Of a stretch of 64,000 nt of DNA, positions 1 through 10,434 are shown one piece after another (the stretch's first letter is position 1; every line of letters begins with the position of its first letter). The stretch is taken from positions 288,001 to 352,000 of the forward strand of contig CAVVOP010000021.1 in NCBI GenBank assembly GCA_963749915.1, in the 5' to 3' direction. Made by a program: the position numbers and the translations under genes. The notes beneath the pieces were generated by a model. That model was not told where the DNA came from, did not search any database, and saw only the letters and a list, made by a program, of their open reading frames with translations. The stretch comes from an uncultured cyanobacterium (GTDB taxonomy: Bacteria > Cyanobacteriota > Cyanobacteriia > Cyanobacteriales > Cyanobacteriaceae).

Positions 1-485
1 TGATTAACTAATTCATTTAGCATCGCCGTGGAGGTGCAAAGGTTTAATTCAGCCTGATTGTGGACTAATTTTAGTAATTCCCATAAAATTCCCTCTAATG
101 CCCCTAAATTATAGTGATGAAGATATTGAGGTAAATGAGTATGATAAGAAGCCACAAGAGGTATATTCAGTTTTTTTGCATAGTAAATCCCTCCTATTCC
201 TAAAACCGCAGGGTTAACCACATGAATTAAATCTGGTTTAAATCTTTGTAATGCAAAATTAATGGAAAGGTTCGGAATCGCTAATTTTAATTCTGGATAC
301 AGGGGTAAGGGAATACCTTTAATACCATTAATTTTTGCCCCTTTGTATTCTTTGAGTCCGCCTTCGGGAGAGAAGATAAGAACGTTATGCCCTTGTTTTT
401 GTAAATGTTCAACGGTATGTTTTAAACGGGTGACGATGCCATCAACTTTGGGCAAAAATGTTTCGGTAAAGAGGGCGATACGCAT
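1..485 (-). CDS. sqdX: Sulfoquinovosyltransferase (GT4), 5' part; runs off the window start
   Basis: Manual translation from ATG at 485 gives MRIALFTETFLPKVDGIVTRLKHTVEHLQKQGHNVLIFSPEGGLKEYKGAKI..., the characteristic SqdX N-terminus; absent from the ORF track because it is truncated. Confidence 0.9.
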   Translation of the reverse strand, partial: MRIALFTETFLPKVDGIVTRLKHTVEHLQKQGHNVLIFSPEGGLKEYKGAKINGIKGIPLPLYPELKLAIPNLSINFALQRFKPDLIHVVNPAVLGIGGIYYAKKLNIPLVASYHTHLPQYLHHYNLGALEGILWELLKLVHNQAELNLCTSTAMLNELVN

Positions 486-540
486 AAATAATTGATAATG
501 AATCTTGAATAATGAGTTCGGAGTAAAAGAAAGTTATTAA

Positions 541-578
541 TTGTTCATTGTTCATTGTTCATTGTTCATTGTTCATTG
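541..578. repeat. Heptamer tandem repeat (TTGTTCA)5+, STRR-like
   Basis: Five perfect 7-bp units plus a partial unit, read directly. Confidence 0.95.
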
Positions 579-693
579 TCAACAATTTAAAAAAAATTAT
601 AGCCAAGCCCCAGCAACACAGATAGTAATTCTCATCTATGGGCCGGATTATTTTGATTGAGATTCCCTGGTGTATCTGCGTTTTGTATTAATA

Positions 694-767
694 CGAGTAC
701 GAAGGGATTCGAACCCCCGACACCCAGAACCGGAATCTGGTGCTCTATCCAACTGAGCTACGCACCC
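694..767 (-). tRNA. trnR: tRNA-Arg(CCG)
   Basis: Reverse complement GGGTGCGTAGCTCAGTTGGATAGAGCACCAGATT-CCG-GTTCTGGGTGTCGGGGGTTCGAATCCCTTCGTACTCG folds as a cloverleaf. Confidence 0.95.
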
Positions 768-907
768 AAGTTACTCCAAGATAACATAATTTGACTTCGA
801 GGTGATTGAAAAATTTGTTCACTTTTATTAATGGACCAGGTCTCTAGGGGATTGATCATTCAATGTTAAAATTGGTTTAGTAATACTTAGACTTAAACAC
901 AATTATT

Positions 908-1150
908 ATGCCTCCACGTTGGCCTCGGGAACCAGATCGTCAAAATGACCCTGAATATCGTAAATTGGACGATCGCATGACTTTTGCCGTGCATGTAGCT
1001 TTATTTTTAGCCTGTAACTCCGGAGTGTGGTTTTTTCACAATCTTAATCACCCCGAATGGTTTTGGGCAAATGAATTTAGCCTTATTTGGGGTGCTATCT
1101 TATTGCTTCACTTGCTGTATATTACTGTCATTGCCGATTATTCTCACTGA
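908..1150 (+). CDS. Conserved small cyanobacterial 2TM-domain membrane protein
   Basis: 80 aa, MPPRWPR.PDR..DP.YR N-terminus followed by two hydrophobic helices. Confidence 0.8.
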   Translation: MPPRWPREPDRQNDPEYRKLDDRMTFAVHVALFLACNSGVWFFHNLNHPEWFWANEFSLIWGAILLLHLLYITVIADYSH

Positions 1151-1160
1151 ATATAAAGTG

Positions 1161-1679
1161 CTAATTTTTCATTTTATGTTGACCATCTGCGATCGCCCGA
1201 CTACAACACCAATTACTCGGTAAGGTAGAAGGCCAACCCATTTCAATGGCTTCCTGACAAATAGTGGTTACTGTCAACTGACAATCAATTAATTGAAAAT
1301 CCTCTCTTTGACATTGTTTGAGACTATGTTTGAGAATAGAATCGTCTTGAAACTCAATAGTTTTATTACATTGAACACAAACAATATGATGATGATGGTG
1401 AGGATAGGGGTGATTTAACTCATAATGTTTATGACCTTCAGCCAATTCTAACTCCCGTAAAACCCGCATTTTAGTCATTAATTTAACACTGCGGTAAATA
1501 GTAGATAAACTAATGTTTTCGCCTTCTTCTTCTAATAATTTATACAATTCTTCCGCACTGAGATGATTGCCTTGGGGAAGATTATCGAACACCTCAAGGA
1601 TTTTTTCTCGTTGGGGTGTCATCCGCCAACCTCTGGAATTGAGCTTTTTTTTAATCGATGCGGTAGTATCTAAAGACAT
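1161..1679 (-). CDS. fur: Ferric uptake regulator
   Basis: GWRMTPQREKIL, STIYR, HHHHHIVCVQC motifs; ATG at 1679 preferred over the upstream TTG. Confidence 0.93.
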   Translation of the reverse strand: MSLDTTASIKKKLNSRGWRMTPQREKILEVFDNLPQGNHLSAEELYKLLEEEGENISLSTIYRSVKLMTKMRVLRELELAEGHKHYELNHPYPHHHHHIVCVQCNKTIEFQDDSILKHSLKQCQREDFQLIDCQLTVTTICQEAIEMGWPSTLPSNWCCSRAIADGQHKMKN

Positions 1680-1816
1680 AAGCAATTGGGGGGAGACAAA
1701 CTATTTCTTTACTTATGATACTTTTCTTCTACCGCTATTTGCAACTAATGGCCTCTAATTGAGAATGCCCTTTAACAATTAACAATTAATAATTACAATC
1801 AAGATACCTCTGTCAA

Positions 1817-2980
1817 CTATTTCCCCATGCCTAATTGTTGGGCTTTTTGATAAACTTTTCCTTCAGTCAACAGAGAAGGTGCGATTACCACCTCCACTTT
1901 CTGCATGTCCTTGATATTTTTTGCCCCTAATGTACCCATACTGGTTTTTAATGCACCTAATAAATTGTGAGTGCCATCATCTAGTTTCGCAGGACCACGT
2001 AAAATTTCGGCGATGGTGCCAGTAGTACCAACATTAATTCTAGTACCACGAGGTAGCACAGGACTAGGAGTGGCCATACCCCAATGATAACCCCGTCCGG
2101 GGGCTTCGGCACTACGGGCAATGGGTGAGCCAATCATTACGGCATCAGCACCACAGGCGATACATTTACAAATATCACCACCGGTAATAATGCCACCATC
2201 GGCGATAACAGGCACATATTTACCCGTTTCTTTGTGAAAATCGTCTCTAGCGGCGGCACAATCAGCTACAGCAGTGGCTTGAGGCACACCCACCCCTAAA
2301 ACACCTCTGGAAGTACAAGCAGCACCTGGACCTATACCGACTAAAATACCAGCCGCCCCAGCTTTGAGTAAATTGACAGTTACATCATAAGTAACACAGT
2401 TACCCAGAATCACCGCCATGGGCATTTCTGCACAAAAACCGGCTAAATCTAGGGGAGTAACAGAATCGGGGGATAAGTGGGCAGTAGATACCACGGTGGC
2501 TTGAATAAAAACTAAATCTGCCTTGGCCTGTGCTACCACTGTACCGAATTGACTCGCACCCCCAGGGGTTAAACTAACGGCGGCGATACCACCTTGTTGC
2601 TTAACTTCAGTGATTCTTTGCTTAATTAATTCTGGTTTAACTGGTTCGCTGTACAATTCTTGCATTAAACCCACAAATTCTGATTTACCAACGGAGGCAA
2701 TGCGATCTAAAATGGGGTTAGGATCCGCATAACGAGTTTGAATTCCTTCTAGGTTTAATACTCCTATAGAGCCTAATTCTGAGAGTAATACGGCCATTCT
2801 AGTATCTACCACACTATCCATAGCACTGGCAATAATGGGGATTTCTCTTTCAATACCGCCGAGATTAACATGGGTATCCGCCAAGATAGGGTCTAATGTA
2901 CGATTTCCGGGCACTAAGGCGATTTCATCTATACCGTAAGCTCTACGGGCTTGTTTTCCACGACCGATGATAATACTCAC
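1817..2980 (-). CDS. guaB: GuaB3-type IMP dehydrogenase family protein
   Basis: [12 protein letters not shown] catalytic loop and IADGGI motif; no CBS domains. Confidence 0.9.
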   Translation of the reverse strand: MSIIIGRGKQARRAYGIDEIALVPGNRTLDPILADTHVNLGGIEREIPIIASAMDSVVDTRMAVLLSELGSIGVLNLEGIQTRYADPNPILDRIASVGKSEFVGLMQELYSEPVKPELIKQRITEVKQQGGIAAVSLTPGGASQFGTVVAQAKADLVFIQATVVSTAHLSPDSVTPLDLAGFCAEMPMAVILGNCVTYDVTVNLLKAGAAGILVGIGPGAACTSRGVLGVGVPQATAVADCAAARDDFHKETGKYVPVIADGGIITGGDICKCIACGADAVMIGSPIARSAEAPGRGYHWGMATPSPVLPRGTRINVGTTGTIAEILRGPAKLDDGTHNLLGALKTSMGTLGAKNIKDMQKVEVVIAPSLLTEGKVYQKAQQLGMGK

Positions 2981-3134
2981 TTTATTTTTTCTGCTATAAG
3001 TTTATTTGCTTAGATTATCAAATTTTGAATGATCGTGGCAATTTGAGCAATATTCGGAGGGAATTTTTTTTAATGGGCAAATTTGGTTAAGATAAGATCG
3101 AGTTCAGTTAGTTTGAAGTAGGAAAGAATGGTTT

Positions 3135-3512
3135 ATGTTAGGCAAGTTTCAAAAAAGTGAATTAAGAATTGAAGTTAAAGTAAAAGAAACTGTTTTCCGA
3201 GATTGTTTATTAGATATTAATAAGTTAAAACAATGGTTTTTTCCCTTAAAATTCCAGCAAAACTCTTCAGAAAAATTATCTCAAGGGGACACTTTTAGTT
3301 TTTATCTTGGTTTAATAGAAATTAAAAATAAAGTAGATTTTATTGATAGTAATTGTGTGCGGTTAATTTTAAGCGGTGGTATTGACGGTTATCAAGAATG
3401 GTGTTGGGGTGAGGGTTGGATTCAATCTCGTATTGAGGGAATTTCTCTGTTGCCTCTTAATTTGGGGCAAACCTTGAATTTGTTGCGTTTAAAGTCTTTT
3501 GCTACCCATTAA
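3135..3512 (+). CDS. Conserved cyanobacterial hypothetical protein (SRPBCC-like)
   Basis: 125-aa ORF with GIDG.QEW.WGEGW.QSR.EG.SLLPL motif. Confidence 0.7.
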   Translation: MLGKFQKSELRIEVKVKETVFRDCLLDINKLKQWFFPLKFQQNSSEKLSQGDTFSFYLGLIEIKNKVDFIDSNCVRLILSGGIDGYQEWCWGEGWIQSRIEGISLLPLNLGQTLNLLRLKSFATH

Positions 3513-3557
3513 TATTGCCTAAACAGCCACGGGCAACTATAATGGGAGGCGAAAAAA

Positions 3558-3644
3558 GGAGAGGTGGCAGAGTGGTTGAATGCGGCAGTCTCGAAAATTG
3601 TTATGGCGGCAACGTCATCGAGGGTTCAAATCCCTCCCTCTCCG
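3558..3644 (+). tRNA. trnS: tRNA-Ser(CGA)
   Basis: GGAGAGGTGGCAGAGTGGTTGAATGCGGCAGTCT-CGA-AAATTGT, long variable arm, GGTTCAAATCCCTCCCTCTCCG. Confidence 0.95.
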
Positions 3645-3779
3645 CTGGAAAGTATTAAAAACAAATTATCTACAACTTTTAAAAAAAAATAGGATAAGGA
3701 ATGGAAACAATAAAGGCTAAAATTCATTCTAATGTAGTTATTCTTTAACTAAAATTAACCTATCAAATAATTTATTTTC

Positions 3780-5839
<2,060 letters not shown>

Positions 5840-5940
5840 AAAGACAGATGGACAAAGGGAGGGCTCACAGGGGCTTACAAGGGTAGGTTTTTTATAATTA
5901 GGTGTTGGCAAGACAAGGAGGACAAGGAAGGAAAGTAGAC

Positions 5941-6233
5941 ACACGGTTTGGAAGGTTATGAAAATTTCTGGTGGGAAGGCAGGAGGCAGAGGGCAGAAGG
6001 TTTTTACCGAATTAAACCACTCAAGAAAAAGCTTAACTTAATAGAGGTTTTACTCAGAGGGCTAGCTATTTTAGCAAAGTAAATAAGAACTAATTCGGAG
6101 ATAATTTGAGATATTTTGAGCTAAATATAGTCATAACTTCTTCTGACTTCTTCCTTATCCCTCCTTCTGCCTCCTGCCCCCTGCCCTCTGCCTTACCCTC
6201 GCCAACAATCTTAGTTAACCTACCAAGTCGTGT
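5941..6233. mobile_element. MITE-like element with long imperfect terminal inverted repeats and internal GGCAG(A/G)(A/G) heptamers
   Basis: Left end ACACGGTTTGGAAGGTTA...GGCAGGAGGCAGAGGGCAGAAGG matches the reverse complement of the right end ACACGACTTGGTAGGTTA...GGCAGGGGGCAGGAGGCAGAAGG; no ORF inside. Confidence 0.65.
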
Positions 6234-6834
6234 AATATTCCTGCTCGATAACGAAACTTAGAAAAAGGCGATATTCCCACATTGATAGGGATTTTCGCTG
6301 ACAACAGTAATGGCATTTTCTCCATATTGTTTAAATATTTTGACGGCGTAGGTGATAGAAACTCCATGGCCTTGTAAGAAAATCATTACTTCTTTGATGA
6401 CTTTCTGGGTTTCCCATGCTTCCTTGATCATCGTCACCCGTTTTTTGCCGATACCTTCTACTTCAATGAGGCGATTGATCTCATGTTCAATAATATTCAG
6501 AGTTTGTAAACCAAAATGCTTAACTATAGGTTTAGCTGTAACTGGACCGACTCCTTTAATTAAACCACTTCCTAAATATTTTTCAATACCTGTAATATCG
6601 GCTGGTTTGGTTTCTTCGTAATTTAAGACGCAAAATTGTAAACCATATTTAGGATGATTTTTCCAATAACCGTAAAGTTTGAGAGTTTGTCCTGCTTGTA
6701 GGTTAGCAAAATTACCGACGATGGTGACTAAATCTTTTTCATTACCTACTTTTAACCGTGCGATGCTGTAACCTGTATCTTGAGCAGTAAAAGTGATTCT
6801 TTCAACTATTCCTGTGATATTTTCGTTACGTTGA
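6234..6834 (-). pseudogene. recD2: RecD2 helicase N-terminal fragment
   Basis: Manual translation ENITGIVERITFTAQDTGYSIARLK...YLGSGLIKGVGPVTAK...IEVEGIGKKR...ENPYQ, then after a frameshifting deletion NVGISPFSKFRYRAGIL; no start codon and no helicase domain. Confidence 0.88.
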
Positions 6835-6924
6835 TAAGCTAAGCCGCATTTAATCTGCGGTCTAAAACTGTGAAACCCTTGCTATCTTGAATCTGAAGTT
6901 GTAACGGAAATGCGTTTTAGCTTA
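6835..6924. mobile_element. 90-bp MITE-like element
   Basis: Ends TAAGCTAAGCCGCATTT and AAATGCGTTTTAGCTTA form a 15/17 inverted match with TA at both termini; the same terminus recurs at 48531. Confidence 0.75.
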
Positions 6925-7457
6925 AATAGTAAATAGCTAAAAGCAAAACTAGCACCTTTATCCCATCCCAAATTTAAGACTGTATCAGCCATCGTCCATT
7001 GAAAACTGTGCAATAAACCCAACCATGATAAGACACTGCCACTTAATGCCCATAATCCTGCTTTGCCAAACTGTTTTTCAATAATATGTACTGTCATTGC
7101 CGATAAAATCATTGCCGAAAAAATCAAACCTTGTTCTAAAGCAAAAGCACCAGTAATATAAGTATCACTCCCTTCAAAAGCGGGAATTAAAATATCGGGA
7201 TTAAATGGCATTTCTGGTGTGCCGAAACCTCCTGCTCGTAAAGCATTTTTAGCGATTAATGCACCCCATCCTGCAATTCCGGGTAACATTCCGATAACTA
7301 CTGCTGGTGCATGATTTTTGGGAGTGCTATTAAAACTTTGTACCACAATAACAATGCCTATCCAGAGAACGATCGCCATACCACTATCAATAGGTATTAG
7401 AAATGATAATAAGCCTACTGTGCCACTTAAACACAAAACTGTCATGATAACAGCATT
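6925..7457 (-). pseudogene. NCS2/xanthine-uracil-type permease, C-terminal fragment
   Basis: About 175 codons of multi-TM sequence (IVLWIGIVIVVQSF..TP..HAPAVVIG..PGIA.WG); no room upstream for the N-terminal part; the last ORF residues are supplied by the MITE. Confidence 0.7.
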
Positions 7458-7465
7458 TTATATAA

Positions 7466-7939
7466 CTATAAATTACATTGTTTATTTTTTTCACAGAGGC
7501 GTTTTTCTCTAATAAAAACTAAAGTTTCTAAATCTTTCCTACCTGTTAGTTTTAAACGTAAATCAGCCCAAATTTCATATATTTTATTAGCAATAAAACC
7601 AATAATGGGAACTTTAGTTAGGGCATAAATCCAACCCATACCTAAAATTTCATACACTCTGCGAAAAACTTCGATATTGGTAATCACTGTACCATCGGCA
7701 AGAATAGCATGGATACGCCCCATGGCCATTTCATAACTAATTTCGGCATTTTCTTCGGGAGAATAGTTATCATCAGCAATATCGACAAAAATAACTTTAC
7801 CTCGTCGGGCATCTTTCTGCCGTAAAAAATTAACTTCTCGCAAACATAATGGACATTCCCCGTCGTACAATAATTTAATTTCGTAAGATGATTCGATAGT
7901 TTTACTCATTGAAGTAGTTTTGCTTATTAGATTAGACAT
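7466..7939 (-). CDS. DCC1-like thiol-disulfide oxidoreductase (DUF393)
   Basis: LLYDGECPLC (DxxCxxC) motif. Confidence 0.9.
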   Translation of the reverse strand: MSNLISKTTSMSKTIESSYEIKLLYDGECPLCLREVNFLRQKDARRGKVIFVDIADDNYSPEENAEISYEMAMGRIHAILADGTVITNIEVFRRVYEILGMGWIYALTKVPIIGFIANKIYEIWADLRLKLTGRKDLETLVFIREKRLCEKNKQCNL

Positions 7940-8043
7940 GAATATTAATTGTATGTTTACTTTATGAAAGGCAGATGACAGATGGTTTTTAAATATTCTT
8001 TATTAATTTTAAAATATACAATCTATTTTGTTTAGTTACTTAT

Positions 8044-8952
8044 CTATTTTTTCTCGGCATGAATATAATCAACAAAATAAAATTTAGGTTCTAGCCAGAA
8101 TTTTAACCATGCGTAAAAACCTAAGCCAATCAAACTACTAATTATAATTGGTAGCCCAAAATTTACTCGATAAATGTCAGGTAAAATTGCAGTTATAGAT
8201 AAGCAAATAATAAAATAAATAATTAAGATTTTTTGTAAATTTTGATTATTTTTTAAAGTATTACGACAACTTTTACAATGCTGAGTATGCTGATGATAAC
8301 GATCTAAAATTTGTTGACGATCTTCATTTATTTTTAAGTTTTCATATTCTAATATACCGACTTTTTCCCAAGGTAATTTTCCTTCACAATAAGTATCAAA
8401 CCATTTCCGAAATTCAATTACCAACCGATCTGCACTTGTGGGCATTTTATAAGCAGTTTTCCAACTTTCCTCTCTCAATTTTTGTTGCAAAAAACGTTCT
8501 TGTTGATGTAATAAAATCATATCACCATCTAAAACAGGATTTCTAGTTTTGATATGTTCCCACCAACGAGGAGTTATTTTGTGAAGATTTTGAGCAAAAT
8601 TACGGGAAAATTGAGCTACTATCCGACATTTACCCGGCATTATCGGAATACAATAAGTTATTAAACCCAATTGTTGCCCTTTATCTCCAAAACCGATGGC
8701 ATATTCTAAACGGGAAGGAGGCTCAAAAGTAATAGTAGTTTTAAAAAAGCGATTAGTTTCAGCTTCAATTAATTCCCATGAAGATTTAATGATTTCAATA
8801 GGGATGGGTTTAGCTTGTTCTCGATTTCCTTGTAAGCCATGATGTGCAAAGGGTACATGACTCGGATCTGCTACATTTTCAATAAAAGTCTGCCAATCAT
8901 ATTCTAAATCTCGTACCATTGAAGACCATACAAAACCTTTTTCTTTATTTAT
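8044..8952 (-). pseudogene. Pheophorbide a oxygenase/Tic55-like oxygenase lacking its N-terminal Rieske domain
   Basis: ENVADPSHVPFAHH mononuclear-iron motif, HTQHCKSC and two C-terminal TM helices; in-frame TGA about 11 codons upstream of the ATG and no CxH...CxxH Rieske motif upstream. Confidence 0.75.
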
Positions 8953-9226
8953 TCATTGAAAATTAATCTTATCTTAAGTACAATCACAATTATATAAAAC
9001 TTGAGAAAAATCTAATTTTTTCGGCTCTTTGACAGTGAGGGTGGTAAAAAATAATAAATAAATCTATATTAGCTAAATTATAATATAGCGAAGTAAGCTG
9101 TAAAATCTGTAATTACTGACTTACAGCAAGAATTTATAATATTTTAATTAACGATATAGCAGTTATAACTTTATTAAAGATAATGAATTATTAGTGGAAC
9201 TTGAAAATATTGAGGGTAAATCTAAA

Positions 9227-9289
9227 GGAATAAACCAAAAAATTAAGTTAATAAAGAGAAGAGCTTATGGACTGACAAACTTTGATAAC
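9227..9289 (+). mobile_element. ISL3-family transposase C-terminal remnant
   Basis: Translates as GINQKIKLIKRRAYGLTNFDN, matching the ISL3 EGxNNKIKxIKRxAYGFRN motif. Confidence 0.8.
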
Positions 9290-9351
9290 CACAGGAATTT
9301 TTCAAATCCCTCGCAGTATTGAGATGAAGACTTGCGTGGACAAGGAAGGTT

Positions 9352-10392
9352 TTAATCTGTGGGCAAACCTATTTTTTCCTTAAGGTTAAACCATTTTTTT
9401 CTTAGCTTCCAAAATTTACTACTTTCCATCGCTTTAATAAGTTCTTTTTCTTTATCTAATTCTACTTCTAAATATCTCAGATAATTTTGTATATTAGCAG
9501 TCTCTTGATTATGTTTTTCGATATTTTTTTGTTGTTCCACTAAAATTTTTTCTAGATGATTAATTTGAAAGTTTAAATCTTCTTTTTCATTATCTTTGAT
9601 ATGGATAGTTTTTTCTAAATGATTAATCTGAAAGTTTAAATCTTCTTTTTCACTATCTTTGATATGGATAGTTTTTTCTAAATTACTAATATGGTGTTTT
9701 TGATCATACTCGGAAAAACGAATAAATTCATCAAATACATTAACAGGAGTGCTAAAAAAATTTCTTAAATTAGAGACTTCTTCTGCTAAATAAAAGTCAT
9801 TTAAGCCATCGAAAAAAATATGTTGATAATTATGACTAGCTAAAAAATCAGAAATATTAGTTTCTTTTCTAATAGGGGAATTAGGAATAGTGGCCTCCAA
9901 AAGAATTATTTTTGGACGGAAATTTTGCCAATCATGACCTAAGATTACTTTTTCTTCCCAACCTTCTACATCTATTTTTAAAAAATCAATGGGCTGATTC
10001 ACATATTGATGACAAATATCAGCTAATGTCTTGATGGCAACAGGATATTCATGTAAAGAAAAACCGTTTTTTTCTGCCAGTTTTTCCGCCATGTCACGGT
10101 CAAAAGTTGATAATCCAGTATCTAACAGTTCATAAAAATTTAATTCCCCTTTTTGGTCACTAATAGCTATATTAAGATTAATATCATTAGGGCGATCGTT
10201 TTTAAGTAGCTGAAAAAAATGGGATACCGGTTCGATGTTAATACCAGTCCATCCTTTCTCAGAGAAAGCCTTAGTAACCGAATCGTAAATAGGATGGTGT
10301 GCTCCAATATCAATATAAAAGCCTTTTTCCTGATCTTTAAAAATACGATTTAATAAAACATCTTCAAAATTTTGTGAGTAAGAAATAAACAT
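9352..10392 (-). CDS. FkbM-family SAM methyltransferase with C-terminal coiled coil
   Basis: SYSQNFEDVLL, YIDIGA, FLKIDVEGWE motifs; heptad-rich tail ending SSKFWKLRKKW. Confidence 0.9.
   Translation of the reverse strand: MFISYSQNFEDVLLNRIFKDQEKGFYIDIGAHHPIYDSVTKAFSEKGWTGINIEPVSHFFQLLKNDRPNDINLNIAISDQKGELNFYELLDTGLSTFDRDMAEKLAEKNGFSLHEYPVAIKTLADICHQYVNQPIDFLKIDVEGWEEKVILGHDWQNFRPKIILLEATIPNSPIRKETNISDFLASHNYQHIFFDGLNDFYLAEEVSNLRNFFSTPVNVFDEFIRFSEYDQKHHISNLEKTIHIKDSEKEDLNFQINHLEKTIHIKDNEKEDLNFQINHLEKILVEQQKNIEKHNQETANIQNYLRYLEVELDKEKELIKAMESSKFWKLRKKWFNLKEKIGLPTD
9546..9683. repeat. 63-bp in-frame tandem repeat (about 2.2 copies) in the coiled coil
   Basis: Encodes LEKTIHIKD(S/N)EKEDLNFQINH twice with few nucleotide differences. 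Confidence 0.95.
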
Positions 10393-10434
10393 GATATTTT
10401 CTGAATTTTAAAAATAAATTAGCTATATTTTTGA

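Noticed and set aside
262..495. 77-aa + strand ORF
   Set aside because: Antisense shadow of sqdX
600..690. GC-richer patch between the heptamer repeat and tRNA-Arg
   Set aside because: No recognisable protein motif or stable RNA fold; could be another stub but unsupported
6352..6621. 89-aa + strand ORF
   Set aside because: Antisense shadow of the recD2 fragment
9546..9683. CRISPR-like array
   Set aside because: Contiguous in-frame coding tandem repeat with no unique spacers; no cas genes in the window
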